In this document: positions 5,681 through 13,842 of the stretch, in pieces
Layout: each line of letters begins with the position of its first letter
Numbering within the stretch: position 1 is the stretch's first letter
Assembly: GCA_046538155.1 (NCBI GenBank)
Contig: JBKHJL010000030.1
Span: 1-13,842 of the forward strand
Source of the DNA: Candidatus Micrarchaeia archaeon
GTDB taxonomy: Archaea; Micrarchaeota; Micrarchaeia; Anstonellales; Bilamarchaeaceae
Length of the DNA: 13,842 nt
Reading direction: 5' to 3'
Translations under genes and position numbers: made by a program
Notes under the pieces: model-generated
What the model was told of the DNA's origin: nothing
The model's database searches: none
The model's input: the letters and a program-made list of their open reading frames with translations, nothing else

Positions 5681-6709
5681 ATGCTTCGCCCGCTCTTTTT
5701 TCTCATGCTTCTTCTGCTCTTTGTTTCCGGATGCCCCGGGACTGCTGATGGCCAGGGCCAAACTGAAGGGAATGTAACGCGTTCTTATTACATCGGTATG
5801 GTTCCTTCTCCAAAAACCCAGCCCGAAACGTCTTTTGAAGACATTGTTGATGCATATGAAGAAGCGGGCCGTCTGGGTGAAGTGATGATGGTCTGGAGCG
5901 ATCCGAATTGCATTGGCCAGTGCAGCAGGCTCAGGCAGACCAGGGTGGTTGAAGCGGCAAGGGGCAACGGAATGGAGCCGATACTGACCCTGAACTTCGC
6001 CACATTGTCCGAGTCCCCGGGCAAAGGCTTCCAGTACAGGGTATGCTGGCCCAACCATACTTCAGCAAACATCACAGACCAGGAATTCCGCAAAGCCTGG
6101 GTAAATGAAGCAAAAAATCTTGCAGAAGAATTCAGGCCCAGGTATCTTTCACTTGGAAATGAAATAAATGATTATTTCTATCTGCATCCCGAAGAGCTCC
6201 CACCCTACCTCACTCTTTATGATGAAGCATATGCAGAAATCAAGAGAGTTTCTCCTGAAACCAAGGTATTTGTAGTATTCTCTTATACCCATCTGCTTGA
6301 CAACAGCCAATGGGAACTGCTGGAAGAGTTTGACAATCGCTCGGACATTATAGGCCTTACAACTTATCCCTGGAAGCATTACGGCTCTCCCCAGGAAATC
6401 CCTCCTGATTATTATTTTCGAATAAACAACCATACTACCAGGCCTATAGCCTTTACTGAAATCGGATGGCCATCTACCCATTCAGAATCCGAGCAGGCGA
6501 AGTTCTTGGAGGTTTTCCAGAACCGCACGGCGGGGATGGACGTGGAAATGGTCAACTGGCTGTTTCTCCATGAGGTTTCCTTTGAGGGGAGTCTTGCCAG
6601 CATAATCTGGGAGGAAACATCTACAGTTTCCCTAAAGACAGAAAACGGGACAAAAAAAGAGGTGTACGCAAAGTGGGAGGAGCTTGCGGAAAAGGAAGTC
6701 AGGCCCTGA
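5681..6709 (+). CDS. Lipoprotein with a GH-A clan (beta/alpha)8 glycoside hydrolase-like domain
   Basis: Signal peptide and lipobox MLRPLFFLMLLLLFVSG-C; LGNEIN (acid/base Glu); GLTTYP; PIAFTEIGW (nucleophile Glu). The ORF-track start at 5510 overlaps the tRNA and is rejected. Confidence 0.8.
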   Translation: MLRPLFFLMLLLLFVSGCPGTADGQGQTEGNVTRSYYIGMVPSPKTQPETSFEDIVDAYEEAGRLGEVMMVWSDPNCIGQCSRLRQTRVVEAARGNGMEPILTLNFATLSESPGKGFQYRVCWPNHTSANITDQEFRKAWVNEAKNLAEEFRPRYLSLGNEINDYFYLHPEELPPYLTLYDEAYAEIKRVSPETKVFVVFSYTHLLDNSQWELLEEFDNRSDIIGLTTYPWKHYGSPQEIPPDYYFRINNHTTRPIAFTEIGWPSTHSESEQAKFLEVFQNRTAGMDVEMVNWLFLHEVSFEGSLASIIWEETSTVSLKTENGTKKEVYAKWEELAEKEVRP

Positions 6710-7568
6710 ACTGGATTCTTTCGCTTTTCACGACCTTTCCCCGTGTTTTCTTATTCATTTCAGCCCCGTCAAAAAGCGCGATGCCCACACCCACAAACTT
6801 GTGCCTGTCTGCAGTATAAATGGAAATTTTTTCTCCCCTTCGAATAAGCGGCTCAGCGGCCGCAAGTCCAGGCGCCATCAGCTGTGCACCTTTCTCCAGG
6901 CTTTCTGCAGCATTTTCATGCACATACACTCTCCGAAAGTGCAGCAGGGTATCTACAGGCACGATGCATTTTTTTAAAAGAGAGCCATCACCCCTTTCTT
7001 TCCAGAGCCAGTGTGCATCCGCAAGCTCCTGCATGGTGTGTGCAAAATCTTCCCGTATTCTCCCGACAGAAGTCCGCCTGAGTTCTTCCATGAACGCCTT
7101 GGTTCTGGATGATTTCCCGATGTCTTCACACAGTGTGCGGATATACGTGCCCGCTTCCACATTTGCTTCAAAAAGTGCCCTATTCCCCTTTACTTCCAGC
7201 ACTTCCAGGGAGTAGACAAACCTTTTTCTCGGAACTTTTTTAACCGCGGAAACAAGGGGGGGTGTTTGCTCTATTTCCCCCTGGAATTTTGCAAAAATAT
7301 CTTCAATGCGTTCAGCCGGAAGCTCCTTCTTGAATTTGCAGATTCCCACATACCTTTTCCTTTTCCCGGAAATATACTTCAATAATTTAGTGGCCCTTCC
7401 TAATGCTACAGGTAAAACTCCGGAAACATCAGGGTCAAGGGTTCCTGCATGCCCTGCCCGTATCCCCCCCAGCATTTTCCTTACCCATGAAGTAACTTCA
7501 TGGCTCACAGGGCCGCAGGGCTTATCCAGCACCACAACCCCTGAATCCAGGAGTTCCGGCACGTCCAT
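6699..7568 (-). CDS. cbf5: H/ACA / tRNA pseudouridine synthase Cbf5
   Basis: LDKPCGPVSHEV, GHAGTLDPDVSGVLP (catalytic Asp), QTPPLVSAVK, EAGTYIRTLC, MEELRRT, C-terminal PUA domain (GAQLMAPG). Confidence 0.95.
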   Translation of the reverse strand: MDVPELLDSGVVVLDKPCGPVSHEVTSWVRKMLGGIRAGHAGTLDPDVSGVLPVALGRATKLLKYISGKRKRYVGICKFKKELPAERIEDIFAKFQGEIEQTPPLVSAVKKVPRKRFVYSLEVLEVKGNRALFEANVEAGTYIRTLCEDIGKSSRTKAFMEELRRTSVGRIREDFAHTMQELADAHWLWKERGDGSLLKKCIVPVDTLLHFRRVYVHENAAESLEKGAQLMAPGLAAAEPLIRRGEKISIYTADRHKFVGVGIALFDGAEMNKKTRGKVVKSERIQFRA

Positions 7569-7570
7569 TT

Positions 7571-7744
7571 CTATTCCTTGCGCGAGGTTGGCTCAAGGTG
7601 CCTTATGCTCACTCTGCTTTCTTTTCCTTTGGCTCCCCTGGCCATAACGAAGGTGTCATCAATTATCTTTGTAATGACTACTTCTTCTCCTGAATCCTTT
7701 CCCATTTTTTTAATGCAAATTCTTCCTTCTTCTATTGCTGCCAT
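7571..7744 (-). CDS. rpl14e: 50S ribosomal protein eL14 (short)
   Basis: IEEGRICIKKMGKDSG..VITKIIDD.FV....RVSIRHLEPT; conserved position between cmk and cbf5; SD AGGTGA before ATG7744. Confidence 0.88.
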   Translation of the reverse strand: MAAIEEGRICIKKMGKDSGEEVVITKIIDDTFVMARGAKGKESRVSIRHLEPTSRKE

Positions 7745-7749
7745 AATCT

Positions 7750-8253
7750 TCACCTGATTTCTTTCAGGGCAATTTCCACCATCTCCGGAGGCCGGTATTT
7801 TTCCGAGCTTATCTCCAGGTCAAACCCTGAATGGTCCATAATGTCTATCCCATAAAGTTCAAGATACCTTTCCCTGTTATCCGAATCCCTTTTTTTGATG
7901 TGCTCTTTTGCTTCCTCCTCACTGATGCCCTCCCTTTTCGCAAGCCTGCTGGCCCGCACTTTTTCAGAAGCATTTATCCAGATGCGGAAGTCTGCATCAA
8001 CCATCCACGGCCCGAGCCAGGTGGTCACAACACAGTTCCCCTTTGCTGCCTCTTTTTTCAGGTGCTCATCAAATTTCCGGTCTATTTCCGGATTTTCCCC
8101 TGCCATTTTCTGAAATTCCAGCAGGGAAACGCCTGCCTTTTCTGCAAGGTCTTTGAAGGTGGGGCATACAACCCGGTAGCCCAGTGTTTCTGCAAGGGCC
8201 TTTCCAAAGGTGTTTTTTCCGCTTCCGGAAAGTCCGGAAACAGCGATAATCAT
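7750..8253 (-). CDS. cmk: Cytidylate kinase (archaeal)
   Basis: MIIAVSGLSGSGKNT P-loop, EIDRKFD, RERYLELYGID. ATG8253 overlaps the eL34 stop (ATGA). Confidence 0.92.
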   Translation of the reverse strand: MIIAVSGLSGSGKNTFGKALAETLGYRVVCPTFKDLAEKAGVSLLEFQKMAGENPEIDRKFDEHLKKEAAKGNCVVTTWLGPWMVDADFRIWINASEKVRASRLAKREGISEEEAKEHIKKRDSDNRERYLELYGIDIMDHSGFDLEISSEKYRPPEMVEIALKEIR

Positions 8254-8567
8254 TTCAATATCCCCTCTACATAGCGGCGGTAAAGTATGGCCACATCCTC
8301 TATGCTCTTGAAGCCATCTTTTACCCTGCCTGCCTCTTTTACCACATCTGCCTGGCACTTTGGGCAGAGCATACCGCCAAATTTCCTTTCCGGCCTCTTG
8401 GAGCTTTTTGGGCCGGTTCTCTGCACGCCATGGAGCTTTGCCCCGCAGATTGCACAGGATGCTTTTTTTCCGCCTTTTCTGCGTTCATAGCGTTCTCTGC
8501 TTTCTCCTGAGGGAACCCTTACCTTTTTTTTCCGTACTGAACCTGACCTGTTTCTTGGTTTTGGCAT
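8250..8567 (-). CDS. rpl34e: 50S ribosomal protein eL34
   Basis: MPKPRNRS..VRVPSG, CAIC...LHGV, KRPERKFGGMLCPKC zinc motif. Confidence 0.94.
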   Translation of the reverse strand: MPKPRNRSGSVRKKKVRVPSGESRERYERRKGGKKASCAICGAKLHGVQRTGPKSSKRPERKFGGMLCPKCQADVVKEAGRVKDGFKSIEDVAILYRRYVEGILK

Positions 8568-8575
8568 ATTATCAC

Positions 8576-9364
8576 CTATTTTTCTTTTTCAAGGACCGAT
8601 TTTATCCGGCCTATTCCAATCCCGCCCACGAACGCCACGATAATGAACCATATGTTCACTCCGTTTAGCGTCCGTGTGTTAAGGACTGGTATCTGGAATG
8701 GGAGCTTTATGTGGAACCAGGTTCCACTGTTTGCCGTTGCCACCACGCGGGTTGTGTATGCAGGAGGCTCCGCGCACACAACAGCATTTTCGTTCTGATC
8801 ATAGCTTTCTTTTTCAGAATAAACATCCATCTTTTCCCCGCTTATCGTTCCCGAAGGCAGGAAGCTTGCCCCTTCAACCCCGCAATAAACCACTGTTCCG
8901 TTTTCTGCCTTCTGTGCGTCCCCTTCAAATGCTTTGACACCAACATACCATGGCCCTTTCTCTCCTCCTGAGAGAGGGATTTCTCCGCACCATGCTTCAC
9001 CTTCTTTTGTGAGTTCTACTGTAGTATCGTCGTTTTTATGGGGGTCGATGGTCCCAAGGGCCCACATGAAACTCATGAATATCACGATTATAACTGCCAT
9101 CACTTTCAGCTGGCCAACCATCATCCCATTGAATTCGGGCATGACCTTGTTCTGTTTTTCCTGCAGTTCATCCATCCTTTTGGTGTTTTTCTTTTTCATT
9201 GCTTCAATGTATTCCTTGTTGAGCCGGTTCATCTCTTTTTGGACTTCTTTCATTCGCTTCATGTCTACAAGTTTTCCCCTTACAATCTGAATTATGCCTG
9301 AATAGATGAGCCCGCAGAGGGTAACAAACCAAAAATAAAGCTCCATTGGAATCACTGCAATCAC
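8576..9364 (-). CDS. DUF106 / EMC3-TMCO1 family (Oxa1 superfamily) membrane protein
   Basis: TM1, then a coiled coil (LVDMKRMKEVQKEMN..MDELQEKQ), TM2, and a C-terminal LPF...WFI TM3; canonical position between adk and rpl34e. Start may be 9364, 9355 or 9346. Confidence 0.85.
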   Translation of the reverse strand: MIAVIPMELYFWFVTLCGLIYSGIIQIVRGKLVDMKRMKEVQKEMNRLNKEYIEAMKKKNTKRMDELQEKQNKVMPEFNGMMVGQLKVMAVIIVIFMSFMWALGTIDPHKNDDTTVELTKEGEAWCGEIPLSGGEKGPWYVGVKAFEGDAQKAENGTVVYCGVEGASFLPSGTISGEKMDVYSEKESYDQNENAVVCAEPPAYTTRVVATANSGTWFHIKLPFQIPVLNTRTLNGVNIWFIIVAFVGGIGIGRIKSVLEKEK

Positions 9365-9900
9365 TCCAGTATCGCCTGCAGTTCTGCAGACGCTTCTTCA
9401 GCCTTTCCCTGTGAATTGTATATTATTTTTGCCGGGCACCCCCGGTGGGCAGCATAGGATGCAAGGAATGCCTTGTTCATAAGGTCATGTTCTTTTATGC
9501 TTTCCGCGGTTTCCTCGTCCCTTGTCCTGCTCGGGTCCCCTGCTCTCCTTGCGAATACCTCTTCCGGATTTGCAGTTATCAGCACTACGCCTTCCACGCT
9601 AAGCCGCTCCAGCAGCCCAAACGGGAGCCCGGGCAGATATCCCTTGGAGGTTTTTATAGAGCAGTGGGTGTCAAGAACAACCTTTCCTTTCTCCCGGGAA
9701 AGTTGTTCTGCAACCGCTTCCTGTACTTCTTTCTGGTTTTCCACCGGAAGCTTGCGCATGTCATCCCTGTTCTCAATTCCAAAATTTTCTTTTGCAATCT
9801 CAAACATCAAGGTGCCATAGTTGAGCTGTTTTACATCTGCAGAAAGGCCTTCCAGCACCGTGCTTTTGCCTGCTCCCGGCAGTCCCATCACAATTATCAT
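9361..9900 (-). CDS. adkA: Adenylate kinase (archaeal AdkA)
   Basis: GLPGAGKST, NYGTLM, RDDMRKL, LDTH, GYLPGLP, RRAGDPSRTRD; follows secY. Confidence 0.96.
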   Translation of the reverse strand: MIIVMGLPGAGKSTVLEGLSADVKQLNYGTLMFEIAKENFGIENRDDMRKLPVENQKEVQEAVAEQLSREKGKVVLDTHCSIKTSKGYLPGLPFGLLERLSVEGVVLITANPEEVFARRAGDPSRTRDEETAESIKEHDLMNKAFLASYAAHRGCPAKIIYNSQGKAEEASAELQAILE

Positions 9901-9906
9901 CTTTTC

Positions 9907-11328
9907 TCACCCCAGGATTTCATTCAGGAAAGGAGTGCTTTCCAGCATCTTTTGCCTTTTCATCTGCTGATATGTCCTGTAGAAGATGCTGACCGTAAGC
10001 AGTATACCCGTTCCTGTACCAAGTGCCCCGCTCAGGTCCGCGAGGCCTGCAAGCAGCCCTACCAGGAATGAACCCAGGAATATCAGCGGGGGAATGTATT
10101 TATCCAGTATTTTTTCCAGCATTCTCCTGTCTGTTCTCCAGCCAGGTATCTGCATTCCTGACTGAATAAGCTGGTCAGTCATTCCTTTTGTGTCCATGTT
10201 TGAAGTTTCTGCCCAGAATTTACCAAACAGCACAGAAACCATGGACAGGAACAAAACATACACCATTGCATGCACCCATTCAGGTATTCCGAATATCGGA
10301 GTAACCCCATTCAGTATGAAATTTATGTGCGCAAGGGTGTTTTGCCCCCCTCCGTAAATTGGAGTCATAAGGTACAAAATCCCGTCCGTTAGCTGGTTGT
10401 TTGCATCTACGTACCCAAGGACATGCACCACATCCACTCCGCCAACAGTGAAGCTCAGCCCGGCGAGCCCCACGGCAAACAGCTGTACATTCATCAGGAG
10501 GGCACTTGCAAAAATTACAGGAATATTAGAAAGGTAAAACAGGTTAAGGGGAAGTTTGGGACTCAGCCCCCTTGCCCTTTGGTATGCCAGAGGTATCTCC
10601 ACTTTCATGCCTTCCCCATAGGATACTGCAAACCAGACGATTATTGTTACCAGTATCGGGGCCAGCACAATGAGGGCATTTGGAATCGCTTCCGCACCTC
10701 CTCCGGCCATAACTGACAGCACCCCGGATTCGCCGAAAACCATCCCTATGGCCCCCCCGATAATAGAGAATGAAACTCCTGCGGCAATGAACAGGCTGAT
10801 TCCGCTCCCTATTCCGTATTTGGTTACGACTTCGTCAAGGTACAGAACGATTATTGAACCCAGTGTAATCTGCAGTATAACCAAAGGCATCGCAATTGAG
10901 GGGTCCATCCCTTCCGTAAGCAATACTCTTCCGGTCATTACAAAAATTGTTGCTTCAATAAGGGCAATTGCAATTGCCAGGACTTTCTGGAGTTCCTGGA
11001 ATTTTGCCTTTTCTTTTGGGTTTTTTGGGTCCAGGTCAATTATTCCGGCCCCTGAAAAAAGCTGGAGAAAAATGCTGGCCAATACTATCGGCCCGATACT
11101 CGTGGTCAGCAGACTGCCGATTTTTGACGCGGTAATCATCTGGAGGAAGTCAAATCCTCCTCCAACGTCTTCCGCACCTATGGCAATCACATTATACATT
11201 AAGAAGAACGTGAACAGCGCAAGCCCTGTCCACATGAATCTTTCCTTTACTTCCGGTGGCCTGACCGGAGGTTTTATTTCAGGAAGCATTTTTGCTATGC
11301 TATGCCCAAATTCAAGGATTGCGCCCAT
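9907..11328 (-). CDS. secY: Protein translocase subunit SecY
   Basis: About 10 TM segments; IGPIVLASIFLQL, DEVVTKYGIGSGISLFIAAGV, FYLSNIPVIF, QIPGWR, GTGTGILLTV. ATG11328 follows SD GAGTGA. Confidence 0.97.
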   Translation of the reverse strand: MGAILEFGHSIAKMLPEIKPPVRPPEVKERFMWTGLALFTFFLMYNVIAIGAEDVGGGFDFLQMITASKIGSLLTTSIGPIVLASIFLQLFSGAGIIDLDPKNPKEKAKFQELQKVLAIAIALIEATIFVMTGRVLLTEGMDPSIAMPLVILQITLGSIIVLYLDEVVTKYGIGSGISLFIAAGVSFSIIGGAIGMVFGESGVLSVMAGGGAEAIPNALIVLAPILVTIIVWFAVSYGEGMKVEIPLAYQRARGLSPKLPLNLFYLSNIPVIFASALLMNVQLFAVGLAGLSFTVGGVDVVHVLGYVDANNQLTDGILYLMTPIYGGGQNTLAHINFILNGVTPIFGIPEWVHAMVYVLFLSMVSVLFGKFWAETSNMDTKGMTDQLIQSGMQIPGWRTDRRMLEKILDKYIPPLIFLGSFLVGLLAGLADLSGALGTGTGILLTVSIFYRTYQQMKRQKMLESTPFLNEILG

Positions 11329-11333
11329 ATCTT

Positions 11334-11723
11334 TCACTCTATTTTGGAAATGCTACCGCCCGCCTCATTTATCTTCTCTTCTGCCCTGGCGCTCCAGGAA
11401 AGAGCCTTTACTTCAACAGGGACCCTTATTTTCCCGGTGCCAAGGATTTTTCCTTTGAATTCCACCTTCTTTTCTCCTTTTTCGGCAAGCGCATCTATCT
11501 GGTAAAGATTCATCACCTTTGTTCTGGGGCCCTTTCTCTTCAGCCCTTCCCTTCCATATCTGTTGGGGTCGTTTTTGGTTACCCAGCTCCATTTGTGCTT
11601 GTGCAACCCTGCATTTCCCACACCCCCTCTGCAGCCTGAACCCCTCTTGTTCTTAGTGTTGCCTGTACCACAGCTTCTGGTTCCGCGATACTTTTTTATT
11701 TTCCTGTCTTTTCTTTCCGGCAT
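11334..11723 (-). CDS. rpl15: 50S ribosomal protein uL15
   Basis: RGTRSCGTG..KNKRGSG.RGGVGNAG.HKHKW, KILGTG, SARAEEKI.EAGG. ATG11723 follows SD GAGGTGA. Confidence 0.95.
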   Translation of the reverse strand: MPERKDRKIKKYRGTRSCGTGNTKNKRGSGCRGGVGNAGLHKHKWSWVTKNDPNRYGREGLKRKGPRTKVMNLYQIDALAEKGEKKVEFKGKILGTGKIRVPVEVKALSWSARAEEKINEAGGSISKIE

Positions 11724-11736
11724 TAGTGTCACCTCT

Positions 11737-12168
11737 CTACATCATTTTTTTAATAAGAGAGTCCATCTCATCCCTCCGGCCCAGGTCCCCTTCGGGTGCC
11801 GGCTTTTTAATGTTTTTGTAGCCCTTTCCCGGCGGATGCAGCCTGAACACGGGGTCTGAGAAATTCTGCACTTTCTCTTCGTGCATTATCTTGCCTGCAG
11901 CTTGCTTTATCTCTTCTTCTTCCATCACTTCCCTTAGCTTCCTGCCTCCTTTCTCCCCCCTTTTCCTGAGGAGTTCAAACAGTGTTTTCTCCCCTATGGG
12001 CCCATATGTTATATAGTCCTTACAGACCTGCAACATGCCCATATTCTGTGGGGTATCTTCAACCAGCACGCAGTTGTTGGTCCGCTCAAGGTTAAGCAGT
12101 TTAAGGGTTTTTGCTATCCTCGGGGACAAGTTCCTCCTTCCCCTCACTCTAACTATTGCAATTTTCAT
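11737..12168 (-). CDS. rpl30: 50S ribosomal protein uL30
   Basis: IAIVRVRG, TLKLLNL, GMLQVCKDYITYG, PVFRLHPPGKGY. Confidence 0.95.
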   Translation of the reverse strand: MKIAIVRVRGRRNLSPRIAKTLKLLNLERTNNCVLVEDTPQNMGMLQVCKDYITYGPIGEKTLFELLRKRGEKGGRKLREVMEEEEIKQAAGKIMHEEKVQNFSDPVFRLHPPGKGYKNIKKPAPEGDLGRRDEMDSLIKKMM

Positions 12169-12824
12169 ATCTTATCACCCGGCTGGGGCTTCATCCTGTT
12201 AAGCGAGTCAAGAGCCTTGATTGTTGCCATGGCCATATTATATATGTTGGCGGTTGAGCCCTTTGTAAAGCTCCAGATATCTTTCACTCCTGCGGTTCCA
12301 AGTACCTGCTTGACCGTTGAGTTTGCTGCGAGCCCAAGGCCTTTCGGCGCAGGTTTAAGGGTTACTTCTGTGCTCCCGTATTTTCCCCTCACTTCCCTGG
12401 GGATTGAGTGGGGGGCGCCGCACTTGCACTCCCAGGAGCCGCACCCGGTTTTCACGGCTATTATATTTTTCCTCGCATCAAGCATGGCATAGTCTATTGC
12501 CGGCTTTACTTCAGTGTTCTTTCCAACTCCTATTCCAACATGCCCCTTTTTGTCACCGAGCACTGTAATAACCCTGAATGACATTTTTCTTCCGGAGTCC
12601 GTAGTCCTCTGGGTTGGGCTTACACTCAGTATCTCTGCTTCCAGTTCAGGCAGGAGGGTATCAATTATTTCAGGCTCAAGTATCTGCTTTCCACGATTGT
12701 ATATCTCTTCCATGGTTGTAATCTCCTTGTTTTTCACAAGCTTTCCTATTTCTGTTTTTGGCTCCCACACCTCAACATCAAGCATCCGTACTTTTTCCTC
12801 TCTTCTTTTGCCTCGTTTTCCCAT
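12165..12824 (-). CDS. rps5: 30S ribosomal protein uS5
   Basis: WEPKTEIGKLVK, QRTTDSGR, GCGSWECKCG.PHSIP, PAPKGLGL, AGVKDIWS. Confidence 0.97.
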   Translation of the reverse strand: MGKRGKRREEKVRMLDVEVWEPKTEIGKLVKNKEITTMEEIYNRGKQILEPEIIDTLLPELEAEILSVSPTQRTTDSGRKMSFRVITVLGDKKGHVGIGVGKNTEVKPAIDYAMLDARKNIIAVKTGCGSWECKCGAPHSIPREVRGKYGSTEVTLKPAPKGLGLAANSTVKQVLGTAGVKDIWSFTKGSTANIYNMAMATIKALDSLNRMKPQPGDKI

Positions 12825-12828
12825 ATGA

Positions 12829-13407
12829 TCATGCCTCCTTGCTTATCGCCTCTTTTGCACTTTCAAAGAGTTCAGTGAATTTCCTTGGGTCAAATCCTTC
12901 TTTCAGGTAAGCGGAGAATTCTTTTTTATATTCCTCATCTGAAAGCGATTTCGCAAAGTCTTCTATGTGTTTTCCCTTTATCCTGTTCTCATCAACTATG
13001 TTTTCTCCCATTGGTGTTTCCAGCCCCGCATCGGCTGCTCCCTTCTGGGCAGCGAAGGGAAGTCCGCCCACTATTGGGCGCACCAGCCCAATGTCCAACA
13101 CGAATTCTTTTACTCCTGCTTTTTTTCCGAGCACACCTGCATAATACCCCACAAGGTAAGCAGTTGGAAGATTGCTCCTGGGGGCCCATTTGAATTTCTT
13201 CAGCTTGTCCGAATTCACTGACAGGATTACTCTGTCTCCATTGGGGTGGAATTCCACCAGTTGCACGAGTACACGTTTGTTTGTCTTTCTTATGACCAGC
13301 CTGGGCTTTCCTGATTTCACCAGCCCGAGCCTTTTTCTGTAATCTGTTGCCTTTTCGTTTCTTCTCCGGAAGGGAACAGAGTATGTTGGTCCTTTTGCTT
13401 TTGCCAT
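12829..13407 (-). CDS. rpl18: 50S ribosomal protein uL18
   Basis: GPTYSVPFRRR..ATDYRKRL, PRLVIRKTN, NLPTAYLVG, LDIGL, KGAADAGL, RIKGKHI. Confidence 0.96.
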   Translation of the reverse strand: MAKAKGPTYSVPFRRRNEKATDYRKRLGLVKSGKPRLVIRKTNKRVLVQLVEFHPNGDRVILSVNSDKLKKFKWAPRSNLPTAYLVGYYAGVLGKKAGVKEFVLDIGLVRPIVGGLPFAAQKGAADAGLETPMGENIVDENRIKGKHIEDFAKSLSDEEYKKEFSAYLKEGFDPRKFTELFESAKEAISKEA

Positions 13408-13411
13408 ATAA

Positions 13412-13842
13412 TCACTCCTTTACCTCGTTCTCAGGTTTTTCCGGCTTCTTCTTTTCTGCGGGTTTTTCCGCTTTTCCGGGTTTGGGCTCTACATAGTAAC
13501 TATTTTCTTTCAGGTATGTGAGCAGTGCTTTCTTTCCCCTGAAGGAGCCGCCCTTTATCTTAAGGTAAATGTCTCTTCTGTGCTCTGCCGGGAGCTCTCC
13601 GCTTTCAAGCAGTTCTTTTAGGTACTTTCTCTGGGAGCGCACCTTTTCCATCCAGGATTCTTTTTTGCCCTTCCTGGAGTACTTTTTTCCTTTGCGCTTT
13701 CCCGGGCCCTTTCGCTTTTTCAGGGGTTTTTTCCTCTCTCCAACATACTTAAGGCTGTAAATTGCCCCCTCATCTATGAGCCCCTTTACATCTTCACGGG
13801 TAAGGGCTTCCATCGCCCTCGCATATTCGCCCTCTTTGATTC
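13412..13842 (-). CDS. rpl19e: 50S ribosomal protein eL19 (5'-partial)
   Basis: The frame stays open to the window edge (..IKEGEYARAMEALTREDVKGLIDEGAI); GPGKRKG, WMEKVRSQRKYLKEL, YLKIKGGSF; upstream of uL18. Confidence 0.93.
   Translation of the reverse strand, partial: IKEGEYARAMEALTREDVKGLIDEGAIYSLKYVGERKKPLKKRKGPGKRKGKKYSRKGKKESWMEKVRSQRKYLKELLESGELPAEHRRDIYLKIKGGSFRGKKALLTYLKENSYYVEPKPGKAEKPAEKKKPEKPENEVKE

Noticed and set aside
3671..6709. dhs-like + sixA + GH lipoprotein as one mobile element or novel system
   Set aside because: No integrase, transposase or enclosing repeats; the tRNA separates the genes and they have no evident shared function.
8254..8358. Longer start for cmk (202 aa)
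   Set aside because: It overlaps rpl34e in another frame; ATG8253 gives the canonical N-terminal P-loop and ATGA coupling.
9445..11458. Long + strand ORFs (208 aa at 9445-10071, 262 aa at 10670-11458)
   Set aside because: Antisense shadows of adkA and secY with no recognisable motifs.
1..13842. Stop-codon reassignment or pseudogenes
   Set aside because: Conserved genes read through without internal stops under the standard code and end at TAA, TAG or TGA, mostly abutting the next gene.

Overview
Archaeal window. Reduced r-proteins suggest a DPANN/Micrarchaeota-like lineage, but that is inference only. Most of it is the conserved ribosomal superoperon on the - strand: eL19 (partial)-uL18-uS5-uL30-uL15-secY-adkA-DUF106 (EMC3/TMCO1)-eL34-cmk-eL14-cbf5, then tRNA-Ser(GGA), then uS13-uS4-uS11-rpoD, followed by taw1 and the start of an unknown ORF. 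Three + strand accessory genes interrupt the cluster around the tRNA: a deoxyhypusine-synthase-like gene, a sixA-like phosphohistidine phosphatase, and a GH-A clan glycoside-hydrolase-like lipoprotein. A densely self-complementary ~350 nt non-coding tract lies directly 3' of the tRNA and carries an exact 11-bp copy of its 3' end. I see no CRISPR array, transposase or integrase, and no convincing complete novel system. The best leads are the structured tract, the DHS-like gene, the extra domain in the DUF106 insertase and the long charged extensions on several r-proteins.
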